The notes below the pieces were generated by a model. The model saw only the letters and a list, made by a program, of their open reading frames with translations. It was not told where the DNA came from and did no database searches. Below are positions 1-12,320 of a DNA stretch of 64,000 nucleotides, piece by piece. Source of the DNA: Sphaerodactylus townsendi (Eukaryota); NCBI RefSeq assembly GCF_021028975.2, contig NC_059428.1, positions 8,432,001 through 8,496,000 on the forward strand. The letters run 5' to 3'. Position 1 is the stretch's first letter. Every line of letters starts with the position of its first letter. Position numbers and translations under genes: made by a program.

Positions 1-50
1 AGGATGTTCTCCTGGCCCTGGCGCAGCGTGTCCAGCTGTACCTGCAGCAC
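1..50 (-). CDS. TRIM3: TRIM3 coding exon 5 (partial)
   Basis: ctgcag|GTG CTG CAG GTA CAG CTG GAC = [16 protein letters not shown]. Confidence 0.9.
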   Translation of the reverse strand, partial: MLQVQLDTLRQGQENI

Positions 51-3000
51 CTGCAGCAGGCAGAGGAGGGATGGCTGGCAGCCGTGGGGGAAGGACCCCC
101 GGGGCTCCGAGGGAAGCAGGCACCGACCCATACCCCATACAGCTGCCGCCGCCGCCAGCTCAGGGCCCTTCTCGGGACAGGGAGCGCGCCCCCCTTTGCG
201 CTGGCCAACAAGCCCACGTGAACGGGCACGTGACCCCAGACAAGGCTCCGCCCCTTGGCCCCAGGCCACCCCAAACGGCTCCAGCGGAAACGGTCCAGGC
301 AGAAGAGTTTCTTCTGAACTGAAAAGGGTTTGCAAAGATTGTCCAGAATGAGAGAGTGGGGTGGAGAAAATGCCCCCAGAGCCCGCCCACCCAAATCACT
401 CAGCCACAGACTGACGGAAGCGTTTCTTTCCACAGAGGTCTGGTCTCTGGTGGGATTTGCTACCCAGCTCACAGGCTTCCAAAAAAACCCTGGATAAATG
501 CAGCAAATAAATCTAAATGGAACCTCCATGCAGAGAGAGAAGGCATTTCTGAAAGCATGGGATGCTGGGGGGGAGGGCAGGGGGGGGGGCTGTCATTTCA
601 AACCTTGCTTAGGACGTCCCCAGAGGCAGCTGCTGGATCCAGGGGACGCAGGACTAGAAGTTCCCCCAAGACAGATGCCTCTACGCTAGGCAGCAAAGCC
701 CTCCAGAGTCCAGCAAGCCTTCCCAGTCAAAGTCCAAAGGGCGAGGGGGCCAGGCAAGGGAGCTGGGGGCCCAGAGGGGGCAGGGAATGCCCCCCCCACC
801 TTCTCCAGCCCAGCCAACTCAACGGGCCTGCTCAGGGCTGCTGACCTCCACGTAAGGTCGAGCATCCTCTTGGAACGGCAGCCGACCTCCCGACCCCCCC
901 TGGAGAAAATGGCTGCACTGACCCAATCATTGGTCACCTCAAGACTGGACGGCTGTCACTCGCTCTACAAAGAGCCGCCCTCAAAATCACTGCCGGGAGA
1001 AAACGCCCTCCAGGCAGTGGCTGCAGCCTGGGCCCCCACCGAAGACGAGGCACCCAGAACCAAGGCCAGGCTCCTGGCAGAGGAAGCTGGGACCGAAGCC
1101 CCCACTCTGGCCCACCCAGGTCCTGCCGCAGGACCTCTGCCTCGGTTGGATTCAGTTCCAGCCAACTCTGCTGCAACCACTTCATCAGGGCTCCCAGGCA
1201 CAGGGATAGAACGCCCAGGAAGGAGCCCGGCTGGCCACCTGTGCACAGGTACAGCCGAGCGTCACCTGAATGTCGATGCCCCTCTAGCCCAAAGCTCTGG
1301 ACTAGCCAGGCGAAGGAGCGCCTGTAGGCATTAAAGAGCACTGGGGAGGGGATCGCCCCCTGTGGGACTCCGCACACCAATGGATGTTGTGTCAAGACCC
1401 CATCCCCTGACACACACCCTTTGTTCCCTATTCTGTAGAAATGAGGACAGCCAACGAAGGGCTGCCCCACCTATCCCAGCGTCAGTAAGGCAGTGGGGTC
1501 AACAGGTGGTGTCAAACACTGCCGATAGGTCTAGCAGCCACCGCAGAGGAGAAGAAGAAGAGGAGTTTGGATTTATATCCCCCCTTTCTCTCCTGCAGGA
1601 GACTCAAAGGGGCTGACAATCTCCTTGCCCTTCCCCCCCTCACAACAAACACCCTGTGAGGTAGGAGGGGCTGAGAGAGCTCCGAGAAGCTGTGACTAGC
1701 CCAAGGTCACCCAGCTGGCGTGTGTGGGAGTGCACAGGCTAATCTGAATTCCCCAGAGAAGCCTCCACAGCTCAGTCGGCAGAGCGGGGAATCAAACCGG
1801 TTCCTCCAGATTAGATACACGAGCTCTTAACCTCCTACGCCAGAGCTGACCTGCCTCAACCCAGGTGTCTCTGGAGGCTGTTTGTGAGGCCAGCCAGCGC
1901 AACCTCCGTCCCACGGCCAGGCCTGGTGCTGGAGGGAAACGGGCCTCGGACCGACATGTCCTCCGCAGCTGACCCCCCCTCCCCCAACTGGGCGGGAGCT
2001 GGCAGGACCCAGAGGAGGCTACTTCAAGCGCAGTCTTGCTCCGGCCTCTTCCTATTCCGCCAGGAAAACTCCTGTGGGGATGGACAGATTCATAATAATG
2101 TCCCTTAAAGGGGCCTGAACCCCCCACCCGGCACTGGCTTCGGCCTGTAGGCAAGTGGTTGGCTTCCAGCTGGCAGGATCCAGTCAATGTTCCACCTGAG
2201 CGAGGAGACTGAGCGGGCCCAGCCTCGGACCACAAGGCAGCCGAGGGGCCTCCAGTGCACTCGGTGGGTCAAGACTGGCGAGGAGGCCGCAGCAGAGCAA
2301 CAAGGTTTTACGTGCAAAACAGCTTGCAAAAATGCCTCCCGGCTGACGGTCCAACCGCTCTCCTTCCGGGCGTCATGACTCCGTGAGCTGGCAGGTGCCG
2401 CGCAGGACGCCCGGGAACTCTTCCTTTGCAGCCTTCGCTGCTGTCTCCCAGGACTGCACAGCCCTCCCACCAGGTGGTCCGGCCACTTCCTCATCCCACC
2501 GGCTCCCGTTCCTTCAGGCCCAGCCCCTTGGGAGGCCCGGGGGCCATTTTGGAGTGGGAGCCAAGAGGGCAACGGAGCAACGTCAGTCGTCTGGGAGGAG
2601 ACCCCACACACTTCAATAGTTCAACACTATAATGGCGACATTCTGTAATTGTGACCTGGCCTTGTGTTATTTTTAACTCATTTGCACTGTTCTGATGTGG
2701 TCAGTGTCTACCGGATCCTTTGGGGGCGGGGGGCAACTGAATCAACATCTCAAAATCAGTAAATCAAATAAAGGGATTTCCTGCTGCGGCCCCTCCCCTC
2801 GTCCTACAAATCCCCAGGAATTTCCCAGCCCAGCGTTGGCAACAGGGCGGCCTGCAGGCCTTACTTTCTGCTTCGCCCCACAGAGGGCCTCCAGGTCCCG
2901 GACGAGCCCCCCTTTCCGCTGGTGCAGGGCCTTCTCCAGCTCAGCGAAGGTGCTCCCGATCTCGGCCACGGCGTCGTTCTTGCGCTCCATCAGCTGCTGG

Positions 3001-6000
3001 CTGATCTCGGACACCAGCCCGATAGCGGCAGTCAGGTGGGGCAGCCTGGGTGGGGGTGGGGAGGAGAAAAGAGCCTCAGCACACCAGCCGGCCCCGATCC
3101 AAGCCACCCCCTCCCTCAGCCCCCAGCCCTACCGGCTCTTGATGGCCTCCAGCTGTTGGCGCAGAGAGGCCTTGTGCTGCTCCACCACGTCCCGCAAGGG
3201 CACCGTCATGTGCTCACGGTGCTCCCCGACCGTGCATTCGTGGCACATGGCTGTTTCGCACGACTCACAGTAATACTCCATCATCTGGGGTGGGGGTGGG
3301 GGGGAGAACACAAGAGAGAACAGAAATGAATGATCCACCCAGCCAGCAAAAGCAAGCCCTGGGTCGCCCCCACCCGTGCAGAAAGGGGCAAGGCCACGCG
3401 TGCAGATCCTCTAGGGCCGTGGTGGCGAACCTTTGGCACTCCAGAGGTTATGGACTACAATTCCCATCAGCCCCTGCAGCAATTGACCATGCTGGCAGGG
3501 GCTGATGGGAATTGTAGTCCATAACCTCTGGAGTGCCAAAGGTTCGCCACCACGGCTCTAGGGAGAAGAGGGCCCCCCTGTGCCTGCTCTGGTGTGACTC
3601 CCACTCCCCCCCCCCCGCAAGCAGCAGCAGCGCCGCTGACCTTCCCTTCGTGGTTGGGGCAGGAGAGCGGCTGGCCAGGCACGGCGCTGACGGAGTCCAG
3701 CATGGCGGCAGCGGCATCCTCGTGGCTGGCGCTGTCCGGCTGGCGCTGCAGCACCTCCATGAGGTTGGTGATGAAGAAGTTGTTCTGGAGGGCAGCCACG
3801 CCCTTCTCGGGCAGGATGGAGGTCTGGCGGCACACGGGGCAGGAGAGGGTCAGGCTCTGGGGTGGGATATAGTTCTGCAGGCACCTGGGGCACAGCGGGC
3901 GAGAGGAGACCAGAGGGAGGGGTCAGCTGGCCGCGGGGAGGAGCCAAGGAGGACGCAGCAGGCAGGGGCAGGGATGAGCCGCGGGAGGGGCGGGATAGCA
4001 GAGGCGGGCAGCAACACAGAGAGTGGCCGGGAGGGCGGGGGGGGGAGAGACAGATAGGCAGGCCCCCCCTGCCGTGTAGGCGCTGGCAACCAGAGGCGTC
4101 CAGGGAGTTGCAGTCTCTCCAAGCCAGGAGCCCCCCCCCCCCACACACACTCTCGACTGAACAAGTTTCTGTCTTTTGTAATCCACCTGGAGTCTAAGTG
4201 AGAAAGACGAACTATAAATGCAGCTGTTTCATAATAAGAAACCATCACCCCAGCAGGCGGTTTCTGAGAGCCCCAAGATCAGGAGGGGAGCCAACTGTCC
4301 GGAGCTTTCGCTGTCCTGGTTTCTTTTAAATGAAGACAGCCGTATTATATCGTTATCATAATATATAATGTACTATTATTGTATTATATTGTTTTACATG
4401 CCAGCCTGAGTCCTTTAGGAAATTTCGTGGGGTAAAAATGTAACAAATAAACAAACAAACAAAACCTCGCCTGGGCGGGGAGGGGGGGGAGGATTTAGGT
4501 GAGTCGAAATGCTCAGGAATCTCCTGCCCTGAAAAATTGCAAGGGAGAATTAGAACCCTGCACACAAAACTCAAACGTGACCCGCTCGCAAAGCACCACG
4601 AATGCAAGGGAAGTGTGATAATCGGCCTGTTTCTCACACTGCCCCGTGCCACCCGCTGCCCACAAGGGGCACAATGTGCAAACCCCCTTCCGACGCGCAC
4701 CATTGAAAGGGGGCCTTTGGGGTCTCGCCTGCCACAGCACTGCGAGACGTTTTGGCAGCTTCTCCCCCATTCCTGCTCACAGAGTCAGGGATCCCAGTAG
4801 AAGCCCCCTCCCATCTCAGGGGACACCCCCCCCAACTGCTTCCAGCTGCAGGGACCTTTCTCCGTCTGCTGACCAGGCCCTGGACCACAAAACACACAAG
4901 CCACCCATGCCCCAGGGGCCACTGTCCCAGCTGGCAAACATGCCACAGAAGCAGACCACGTAGTCAGAAGGGCATGGAAGAGCAGGACTGTGACTCAAGA
5001 GCCTCTGGAACAGGGGTCTTCAAACTATGGCCCTCCAGAAGTTAATAGACTACAATTCCCATGAGCCCTACCACTTGGCCATGCTGGCAGGGGCTGATGG
5101 GAATTGTAGTCCATGAACATCTGGAGGGCCATAGTTTGAAGACCCCTGCTCTGGAAGAACCACAGCACGTCCCCTGACAAACCCCTGGGAATTAACCACG
5201 TGATCGCCACAGTACCCTTCTCCCTCGAAACTGGGAGGAGGACCAACCGGGAGTCCCAGCCGGCCAGCCAGGCCAGTGTGCCCTTGAGGTGCCAGAGGCC
5301 ACGGCAAGGGAGCCCACCCAACCACAGGTAGGCAGGCCACCCAGCCCACAAGGCCACGGCTGGTCCTGGCCAAGAGACGCCTCCCGCATGAGAACAGCTC
5401 GGGTGGTTGCTCCACTGCTGCTGCAGCTATTGGCAGGCAGAGCAGCAACAGGCCTCTGGCCGGCAGGGCTCCCCACACCGGCCGTTCCGCCCCACCCCAT
5501 CCTATGTACGCACACAGCAGCATCGTCACACAGCTGTCCGCCTGACAGGTCCTCTGAATTGCCTGTTTCATTTTTTAAAACAGCCTCCACCCCTTTCTGT
5601 GAGGAGAGATGCCTATCCCCTTATATCTGGGCAACAAAAAGGACTCAAGATGTACTCCTTTAAAGGAGAGCTGGCAGTTCAGACAGCCCAACAGACTCCT
5701 GGGACATGACAGCGCTGTGACATCGTGTCAATCACCAGTTAAGAAAAAAACACCGGGGGGGGGGGGGCAGAAGCCGTGGGGAAACCTGCCTTGGGGGCGC
5801 TCCCAGAGGGAGAATGCGGGAACCTCCCCAGCCCCTCCCTGTGTGGGGAACACCCCCGTCTCCGCAGCTTCTCAAGGGGAGGGGCACACGTGGACCTCCT
5901 GGGGGGAGGCAGCAGGGCCAGGTAGAAGCAGCACCTACAGCCGTGGTGGCGAACCTTTGGCACTCCAGGTGTTATGGACTACAATTCCCATCAGCCAATT

Positions 6001-6893
6001 GGCTATGCTGGCAAAGGCTGATGGGAATTGTAGTCCATAACATCTGGAGTGCCAAAGGTTTGCCATCACTGACCTACAGCCTTGTTCGAAGCCGCCTTCG
6101 TCTGAGTCAGCTGCCTGGTTGTCTGACCAGGAGATGCTCCTTCCACGTGCTGAGCAGAGCCCCCCCCCCCCCCGGGCCCCTCCCCTCTTGTGCTGGTCTG
6201 AAGCCAGCTTGAGAAAAGGGCTCGGCCAGACTCATGTAGAAACCCAGTGGGGCTCAGGGGGCACCTCTCTTGGCCAGGGGCTGGCAGGGATCAAACACAG
6301 GCAGAGACCCCTTGGGCCGTGCTCCCCCTCCTCACTGCCACTCTGGTGGGCAGGCCAGGCTCAGCAAGTCCAGCGGGGCCTCTGCAGGTCACCCCCGTCA
6401 AACCCGGCCTCCCTCCCAGCCATCTTGGCCTTGCCTGGTGCAGCTCACGGCCTCTGGGAAGCCGGCCTTTGGAGAGGAAGGCGCCTCGGCCTCCAGGCCC
6501 CTGTGCCACGGCCACAGCTTCTACGAGCCCAGCTCGGGGGCAACCCGGCAAATGCCCATCATCATCTGTCCCTTCCTCAGCGGGTGACTCCCCTCAAGAA
6601 GGCCCAGGGGAGGGGGGCATTTGCCGGGCGACTCCTCAAGAGCGGCGCCGTCTGGCCTTCCCCCGCAGCCCCCAGGCTCCCGTGGCTGCTCCCTCACTGA
6701 AACCAAACCCGAGTGTGGCCTGGGGGGGGGGGCTTCCTGCAGGGTGTGCCCCCCCCTCTCACCTCTCACAGAAGGTGTGCAGGCAGGGCAGCACCTTGGG
6801 GTTGAGGTAGCGGTCCAGGCAGATGCTGCACACCAGGAACTGCTTGTCGATCTGCCGCACCACCGGGCTGGAGCTGGACTCCCGCTTCGCCAT
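1..6893 (-). CDS. TRIM3: Tripartite motif protein 3 (RING/B-box/coiled-coil part), gene-level span; runs off the window's left edge
   Basis: Exons 6763-6893, 3641-3884, 3133-3284, 2865-3045 and 1-50, all GT-AG and phase-compatible. They translate to [64 protein letters not shown]...[21 protein letters not shown]...[19 protein letters not shown]. Synteny with ARFIP2 supports TRIM3 over TRIM2. Confidence 0.95.
800..2400 (-). mobile_element. Decayed L2-clade LINE (reverse transcriptase region), interrupted by a SINE
   Basis: Minus frame reads [18 protein letters not shown]...[10 protein letters not shown](YADD-like)...LYL, an L2 RT signature; LVTSRLD motif nearby; ends approximate. Confidence 0.7.
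1549..1842 (-). mobile_element. tRNA-derived squamate SINE
   Basis: Head TGGCGTAGGAGGTTAAGAGC...GGTTTGATTCCC (A/B boxes) and (TTC)n tail; near-identical to copies at 11579 and 27977. Confidence 0.85.
2865..3045 (-). CDS. TRIM3: TRIM3 coding exon 4 (coiled coil)
   Basis: [18 protein letters not shown]...CGAKQK, cccag/gtaag flanked. Confidence 0.95.
3133..3284 (-). CDS. TRIM3: TRIM3 coding exon 3 (B-box)
   Basis: [25 protein letters not shown]...AIKSR, AG/GT flanked. Confidence 0.95.
3417..3555. mobile_element. Palindromic hAT (Charlie-like) MITE
   Basis: Near-perfect inverted repeat; 8-bp TSD CTCTAGGG at 3409-3416 and 3556-3563. Confidence 0.9.
3641..3884 (-). CDS. TRIM3: TRIM3 coding exon 2
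   Basis: ccccag|G TGC CTG CAG ... GGG AAG|gtcagc; CLQNYIP...CPNHEGK. Confidence 0.95.
5011..5148. mobile_element. Palindromic hAT MITE
   Basis: TIR CAGGGGTCTTCAAACTATGG; TSD CTCTGGAA on both sides. Confidence 0.9.
5941..6071. mobile_element. Palindromic hAT MITE
   Basis: Same family as 3417; TSD ACCTACAG on both sides. Confidence 0.9.
6763..6893 (-). CDS. TRIM3: TRIM3 first coding exon (RING start)
   Basis: ATG at 6893; MAKRES...CLHTFCER; donor AG|gtgaga. Confidence 0.95.
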
Positions 6894-6899
6894 GGCGCT

Positions 6900-8100
6900 G
6901 CTGGTCCCGGGCCCCCTGGAGGGCACCCACCGCCGCGGGCCTGCGTGGGGAGCGGGCACAGAGTTGAGGCCAGGCCCCCCAGGCCACCTAGGGATCCCCC
7001 TGCCCCACCAGGGCCTCCTCTGATCCACCCCCTAGGCAGGGCAGCCCCCCCGCCCCCCCCCGCGCCGCCCACACGCAGATCCGGCCCCGGCCCCAGCTGG
7101 GCATCTCCGGGTTCTGCGCGCACACTCGGCCGGCCAGGGGCCCAGCAGCAGCAGCAGCAGCTCAGCCGCCGAGGGGCGTCCGGCAGCCAGGCCTCCTGCA
7201 GCCCCGGAGAGAGGCCAGGCCCGGCGGGGCCCCTCCTCCCTCCCGCGGCCGCCCCCTCCCTCCCTCCCCTCCCCCCCCAGCACCGGCCCGCGCCGCCCCC
7301 CGGAGGCCTCCCGCCCCCGCGCCGGGGACCCTTCCGGGTGTGCAGCCGGGGCGGGCCGGGCCGAGCTGTCCTCCCCTTCCCCAGGCAGGCCAGGCGGGCA
7401 GGCAGGCGGGCAGGCGCGGGGCGCCAGGGCGGGGGCCGGACGCGCGGCCCAAGCCCCCGCTCCCGCCAGGAGCACCCCCCGCCCGCCCGCCCGCCCGCCC
7501 TGGCGCAAGGCCGCGGCCTCCCGGGCCGGAGGGGGCGCGGGGTCGGTGGGACAGGCGGGCGCGGTCGCCACTCACCCGAAGGGCTGCCTAGCAGGGGGCG
7601 GCCGGAGCCCGCAGCCGCATCGCCCCGGGGCCGGGGGGCGGGGGGAGGAGCGGCGGGGGTTGCCGCACCGGGCGGGCGGGCGGGCGGGAGGGCGGCCGCG
7701 GCTCGGGGCTGGGCGGGCTCAGCGCATCCCCGCAGCGGCCGAGCCGGGCTGGAGCGCACCACCGCCGGCGCCGCGCACGGGGGGGCGGGCGGGCGGGCGG
7801 GCTCTTCCGTGGAAACCCCGCACGCCTCCGCCGCAGGCCGGCCTGGGTGCGCGGCCGCTGGGAGGGAGGGCCGGGAAGAGCCGCCGCCCTGGCCGTGGCC
7901 GCGCCCCCCTCCCCGCCGCCCGAATGGTCGCGTCCGCCGAGCCCCGCCCCGCAGAGCCCCGCCCCGCCCGCTCAAGGCCCGCCGCCGCCGCTGCAGTGCT
8001 GGGGGGGAGAGGGCGGCGGAATTGCGACCCCGCCCCGCCTCGGTGACAGAAGCCGGCCCGAGAGGAGAGGCGTGGCGTGGCGGAGGAGAGGGGCTGGAGT
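6900..8100 (-). promoter_or_regulatory. CpG island; proximal TRIM3 promoter and non-coding first exon
   Basis: Very dense CpG and GC boxes directly upstream of the ATG exon; candidate donor G|gtgagt at 7570-7576. Confidence 0.75.
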
Positions 8101-8477
8101 GGGGGGGGGGTTGATGCTGGTTGCTATGGGAACTGCATCCCTGCCCTGGGTACCCGCCGAGGATGCTGCAGGGAGAGGGGATTGGCAGGAGGGGGAGTGG
8201 GCTGCGCAGCCTCGCCCCCCAAGACATTCTGTGCTGGTGGGGGGCTTCCTCGAGGGAGGCTCCTGCAGGCCCAGCCTCCCCCCCTCCCCCCCCCCACAGC
8301 CCTCTGTCTCCAGGGCAAGTGGCAGACCAGGCCCAAGTGCCGCCTCCCTGGCAACAGAGGCGGGGGATGGAGGTTGCCTGGGCTTACTCACAGGTCCCCC
8401 CTCAGCATTTCACTCATCCTTTTTAGCAGGGGCAACCCCAGAGCTGTCCGCAGCTGGCGGCTCCTCCCCTTCCCCTG

Positions 8478-9715
8478 GGGTTCAGGCAAACTGGAATTTG
8501 GCGCCACCCAGGGTGCCCCCCCCAGGGCAGCCACCCTCCCCCACTGTGACCAAGCAATGATTTTTTCCACCAGGTTGTTTCAAAGTCACCATCACATTAT
8601 AGAACATGTCCCAACTCACAAATCTGAACACAGCAATGGGCCATGCCACACAGCAGAAATAATTTTTTGGGAAAACATTTTCAAAATGCTTTCAAAATGT
8701 TTTATTACTGCTATGAAAACATTTTATGGTGTTGTATCCAGTCCCCCCAACTGGGGGAAACAGCATCACTTTCAATGTTGTTTAAACTGGGAACCCCAGA
8801 TTCTCCCTTTAAGGTGGATTTAAAAGGAGAATCTGGGCTCCCTAGTTTAAACAAGTGATGCTGGAATCCACCCCCCAACAGCATCATTTTCAATGGTGTT
8901 TAAACTAGGGAGCCCAGATTCTCCTTTTAAATCCACCTTAAAGGGAGAATCTGCAAACAACATTGAAAGTGATGCTATTTTGGGGTTGATTCTCCCCCAC
9001 CCTGAAACAGCATCACTTTCAATGTTTAAACTGGGGACCTCAGATTCTCTCTTTAAATCCATGTCAAAGGCGGGGGGATTTAAAAGGAAAATCTGGGGAA
9101 ATTTGGGAGGTGCCTGCTGTCAGGGGTGCAATTGTTAAGCTAGCAGCACCAAACTTTTGGGGTATCTTTAGGAGACTCTCCTAATGATACCACCCATGTT
9201 TGGTGAAGTTTGGTTCAGGGGGTCCAAAGTTATCAATCCTCAATGGATGATGCGGCACCCCCTTTGGGGGTCCATAGCTTTGGACCCCCTGGACCAAACT
9301 TCATAAAACCTGGGTGGTATCAGTAAAAGATTCTCCTGATGATGCCTCCCAGGTTTGGTGAAGTTTGGTTCAGGGGGTCCAAAGTTATCCACCCTCAAAG
9401 GTGTAGCCTCATCTCCTATTAGCTCCCATTGGAAACAATGGGGGATGGGGCACCCCCTTTGGGAGCCCATAACTTTGGACTCCCAGAACCAAACCTCACC
9501 AAACCTGGGTGATAGCATCAGGAGAGTCTCCCAAAACATCCCTGAAAGATTCTTGGTGTCTGCTAGCAGTGTAAAAAATTGTGCCCTCTGCAGGCCAAAA
9601 ATGGAAAAAACACTGAAAATACAAAAAATCCCAAACGAACCTGCAGTTTTTGCGCCCCCCACAGGGCTGCGCCCAGGGCAACTGCCCACTTTGCCCAATG
9701 GGAGGAACGCCTCTG
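8478..9715. mobile_element. Non-autonomous hAT-like DNA element with internal inverted subrepeats
   Basis: Shares long internal blocks with 11330-12320 and 30949-31426; ends ...ACGCCTCTG; left end approximate. Confidence 0.65.
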
Positions 9716-11329
9716 CTTCCAGAGCTCTCTCCTGTCCCCCTCTGAGCCATAGCATCAAACTGGAAGGGCTCTTGCTTCCTTTCCTGGCTCAGAAGGGACA
9801 GGTCATGCTGCTGCATGTGCGTGTGTGCGTGCGTGTGTGTCCCTGCTGGTGCCATCGTGGCCCCTGAGGGATCGGTCACAACCTATTGCACAGTGCCAGT
9901 GGTGGCGTCACACATTCTCCACTCACTGCCCACTCGTGGGGCATCTAAGAATCTTTGGGGCACAAGTTTAGTCAGAGACGGAAGGGGTGGGCTTGGATCC
10001 TGTGTGGGTGGGGCAGCTCTTTGTGCCCTGCTGTGCCCCCTTGCAGAGGGGCCCCTAGACTGGGGCGAAGCCCTGCTGGGCTGCAGGAGGCCCCATACCA
10101 CCACCATCCACTCACAGGGGCTGGAAAGCCTTCGGATGCGTGGGTGGGGGTCCAGAGCTGCCTGGAGGGGGGCAGGGGGAGGCAGGGAAGAGTCTCCAGG
10201 CAGAAGCCACATTCTGGTCTGCCTCCTTCCCCCCCCCCCCCAACCAGGCCTTTTGCAGAAGACAGGGCCCAAAGGGGGTCTGGCCTCATGCAGTAGAGCG
10301 TCCCGGCAGGACTGGGGGGCTTCCCTCCCAGCGGAGGCTGCCCCCCCTTCTCAAGACCCCTGTTTGCTCAGCAGGCCGGTCTGTGGGAAGTAAAGGGGAG
10401 GTCGGCCGGCCGTCCTCCCCAGCATGCACCAAAGGCATTATTCTGTAAGCCCCTCCCCCACAGCCCCGCACCAGACCCACGGATCATGGCCCTTTCCTCC
10501 TCACCTCAATCCCTCTCCCCCCCCCATAGTCTTACCCGGCCATCGCCAGACCAGCACGGCCGTCTTCCACCACCTCCTGGGCCGCTGGAAGTCCCTGTGC
10601 ACAGAAGCAGCATGTCAGGAAGACCGGCACAAGGCCGGGGGGAGCAGCTGCCGGCCCACCCCCATTCCCTGTGGATCCCCCTCCTCTTCCACGTCCACCA
10701 GTGGCTCTTCCACATGGTCATGTATTTCCCCCCCACCCCCGAGCTTGTATTGCCCTATTCTGTGAAGCCCCGCCCCCTAGCCTGGGTCAGGACAAGGTGA
10801 GGTTTGCGAAGCTGTCCCCTCGCTGCCCCCCCCACCCCCGTGACTAGGCCTTGTCATCCCCGGCGCTACAAGGTGTGTGGAGGGAGAAACACAAGAGTTG
10901 GAAGGGACCTTTGGGTCATCTAGTCCAACCCCCTGGATAATGAAGGCAATTCACAACTCCCCCCCTCCATTTGCACGCACGCACGCCTCCAGAAGCCCCC
11001 CCCCCCTGCCCAGAAGATGGCAACAAACCATCCCTGGCAGATTTGGCCCACAGGAAAATCCCTCCAAGGCCTCCAGATCATGGCAAGCGGCATCTCCCTT
11101 GGCCCTGAGAGCCCCTCCCCAGGGACGTAGGTATAGATTTTTTATGGGGGGGGGGTTCAGGGGTGGGGCCACACCACCACCTGCCCCTAAGGCATGGCCA
11201 TGCCTTCCAAAGCCCCGCCCCCGGCCTAGCGCTTATAAAAGCAGCTCTCTGAGGCCAGGGACAGCAGACTCCACTGCCCTCCCCCAGTTGGGCTCCCAGC
11301 CGGCAGTTCCTTCTGCCCTCCCCTCTGGG

Positions 11330-12320
11330 CAGAGGCACAGAGGGAAAATGGAGCCCAGTGCAAAATCTGACACACACACACACCCCGGGCAGCCACTGTA
11401 ATGCTGGAATCCACCCCCAAACAGCATCACTTTCAATGGTGTTTAAACTAGAGAGCCCAAATTCTCCTTTTAAATCCACCTTAAAGGGAGAACCTGGGGT
11501 TCCCAGTTTAAACAACATTGAAAGTGATGCTGTTTTGGGGTGGATTATCCCCCACCCTGAAACAGCATCACTTTTAATGTGGCGTAGTGGTTAAGAGCAG
11601 GTGCATTCTAATCTGGAGGAACCGGGTTTGATTCCCAGCTCTGCCGCTTGAGCTGTGGAGGCTTATCTGGGGAATTCAGATTAGCCTGTGCACTCCCACA
11701 CATGCCAGCTGGGTGACCTTGGGCTAGTCACAGCTTTTCGGAGCTCTCTCAGCCCCACCCACCTCACAGGGTGTTTTTTGTGAGGGGGGAAGGGCAAGGA
11801 GATTGTCAGCCCCTTTGAGTCTCCTACAGGAGAGAAAGGGGGATATAAATCCCAACTCTTCTTCTTCTAAACTGAGGACCTCAGATTCTCCCTTTAAATC
11901 CATGCTGAAGGGGGTGGATTTAAAAGCAGAATCTGGGAAAATTTGGGGGATGCCTGCTGTCAGGGGTGCAATTGGTAGGCTAGAAGCACCAAACTTTCAG
12001 GGTATCTTTAGGAGACTCTCCAAATGATACCACCCAGGTTTGGTGAAGTTGGTTCAGGGGGGGCCAAAGTTATGGACCCTCAAAGGTGTAGCCCTCATCT
12101 TCTATTAGCTCCCATTGGAAACAATGGAGGATGGGGGCACCCCCTTTGGGAGTCCATAACTTTGGACGCCCTGAACCAAACCTCACCAAACCCGCGTAGT
12201 ATCATCAAGAGAGTCCCCCAAACAATCCGTGAAAGTTTGGTGCTGCTAGTCCAAACAATGTGCCCTTGCAGGCCAAAAACCGAAAAAACACTAAAAATGT
12301 TTTAAAAACCCACGAACGGA
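11330..12320. mobile_element. Second copy of the hAT-like composite element, carrying a nested SINE
   Basis: Starts CAGAGGC..AGGGAAAATGGAGCC; same internal blocks as the 8740-9640 copy. Confidence 0.7.
11579..11867 (+). mobile_element. tRNA-derived SINE nested in a DNA element
   Basis: GGCGTAGTGGTTAAGAGC head and (TTC)n tail; host sequence AATGT/TAAACTG is contiguous in the copy near 9021. Confidence 0.85.

Noticed and set aside
3417-6071. Recurring palindromes suggestive of CRISPR arrays or miRNA genes
   Set aside because: They are dispersed, TSD-flanked MITEs in eukaryotic DNA with no repeat-spacer structure, and there is no direct miRNA evidence.
6521-8227. Long overlapping ORFs (568 and 497 aa) over the TRIM3 CpG island
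   Set aside because: Low-complexity G/P/R/A translations on both strands; stop codons are scarce in very GC-rich DNA.
11215-11245. GC box followed by TATAAAA, resembling a Pol II core promoter
   Set aside because: It appears to lie within a repeat-derived segment adjoining a DNA element, and no downstream exon was found.
11579-11650. tRNA-like sequences with A and B boxes
   Set aside because: These are SINE heads followed by SINE bodies and tails, not tRNA genes.
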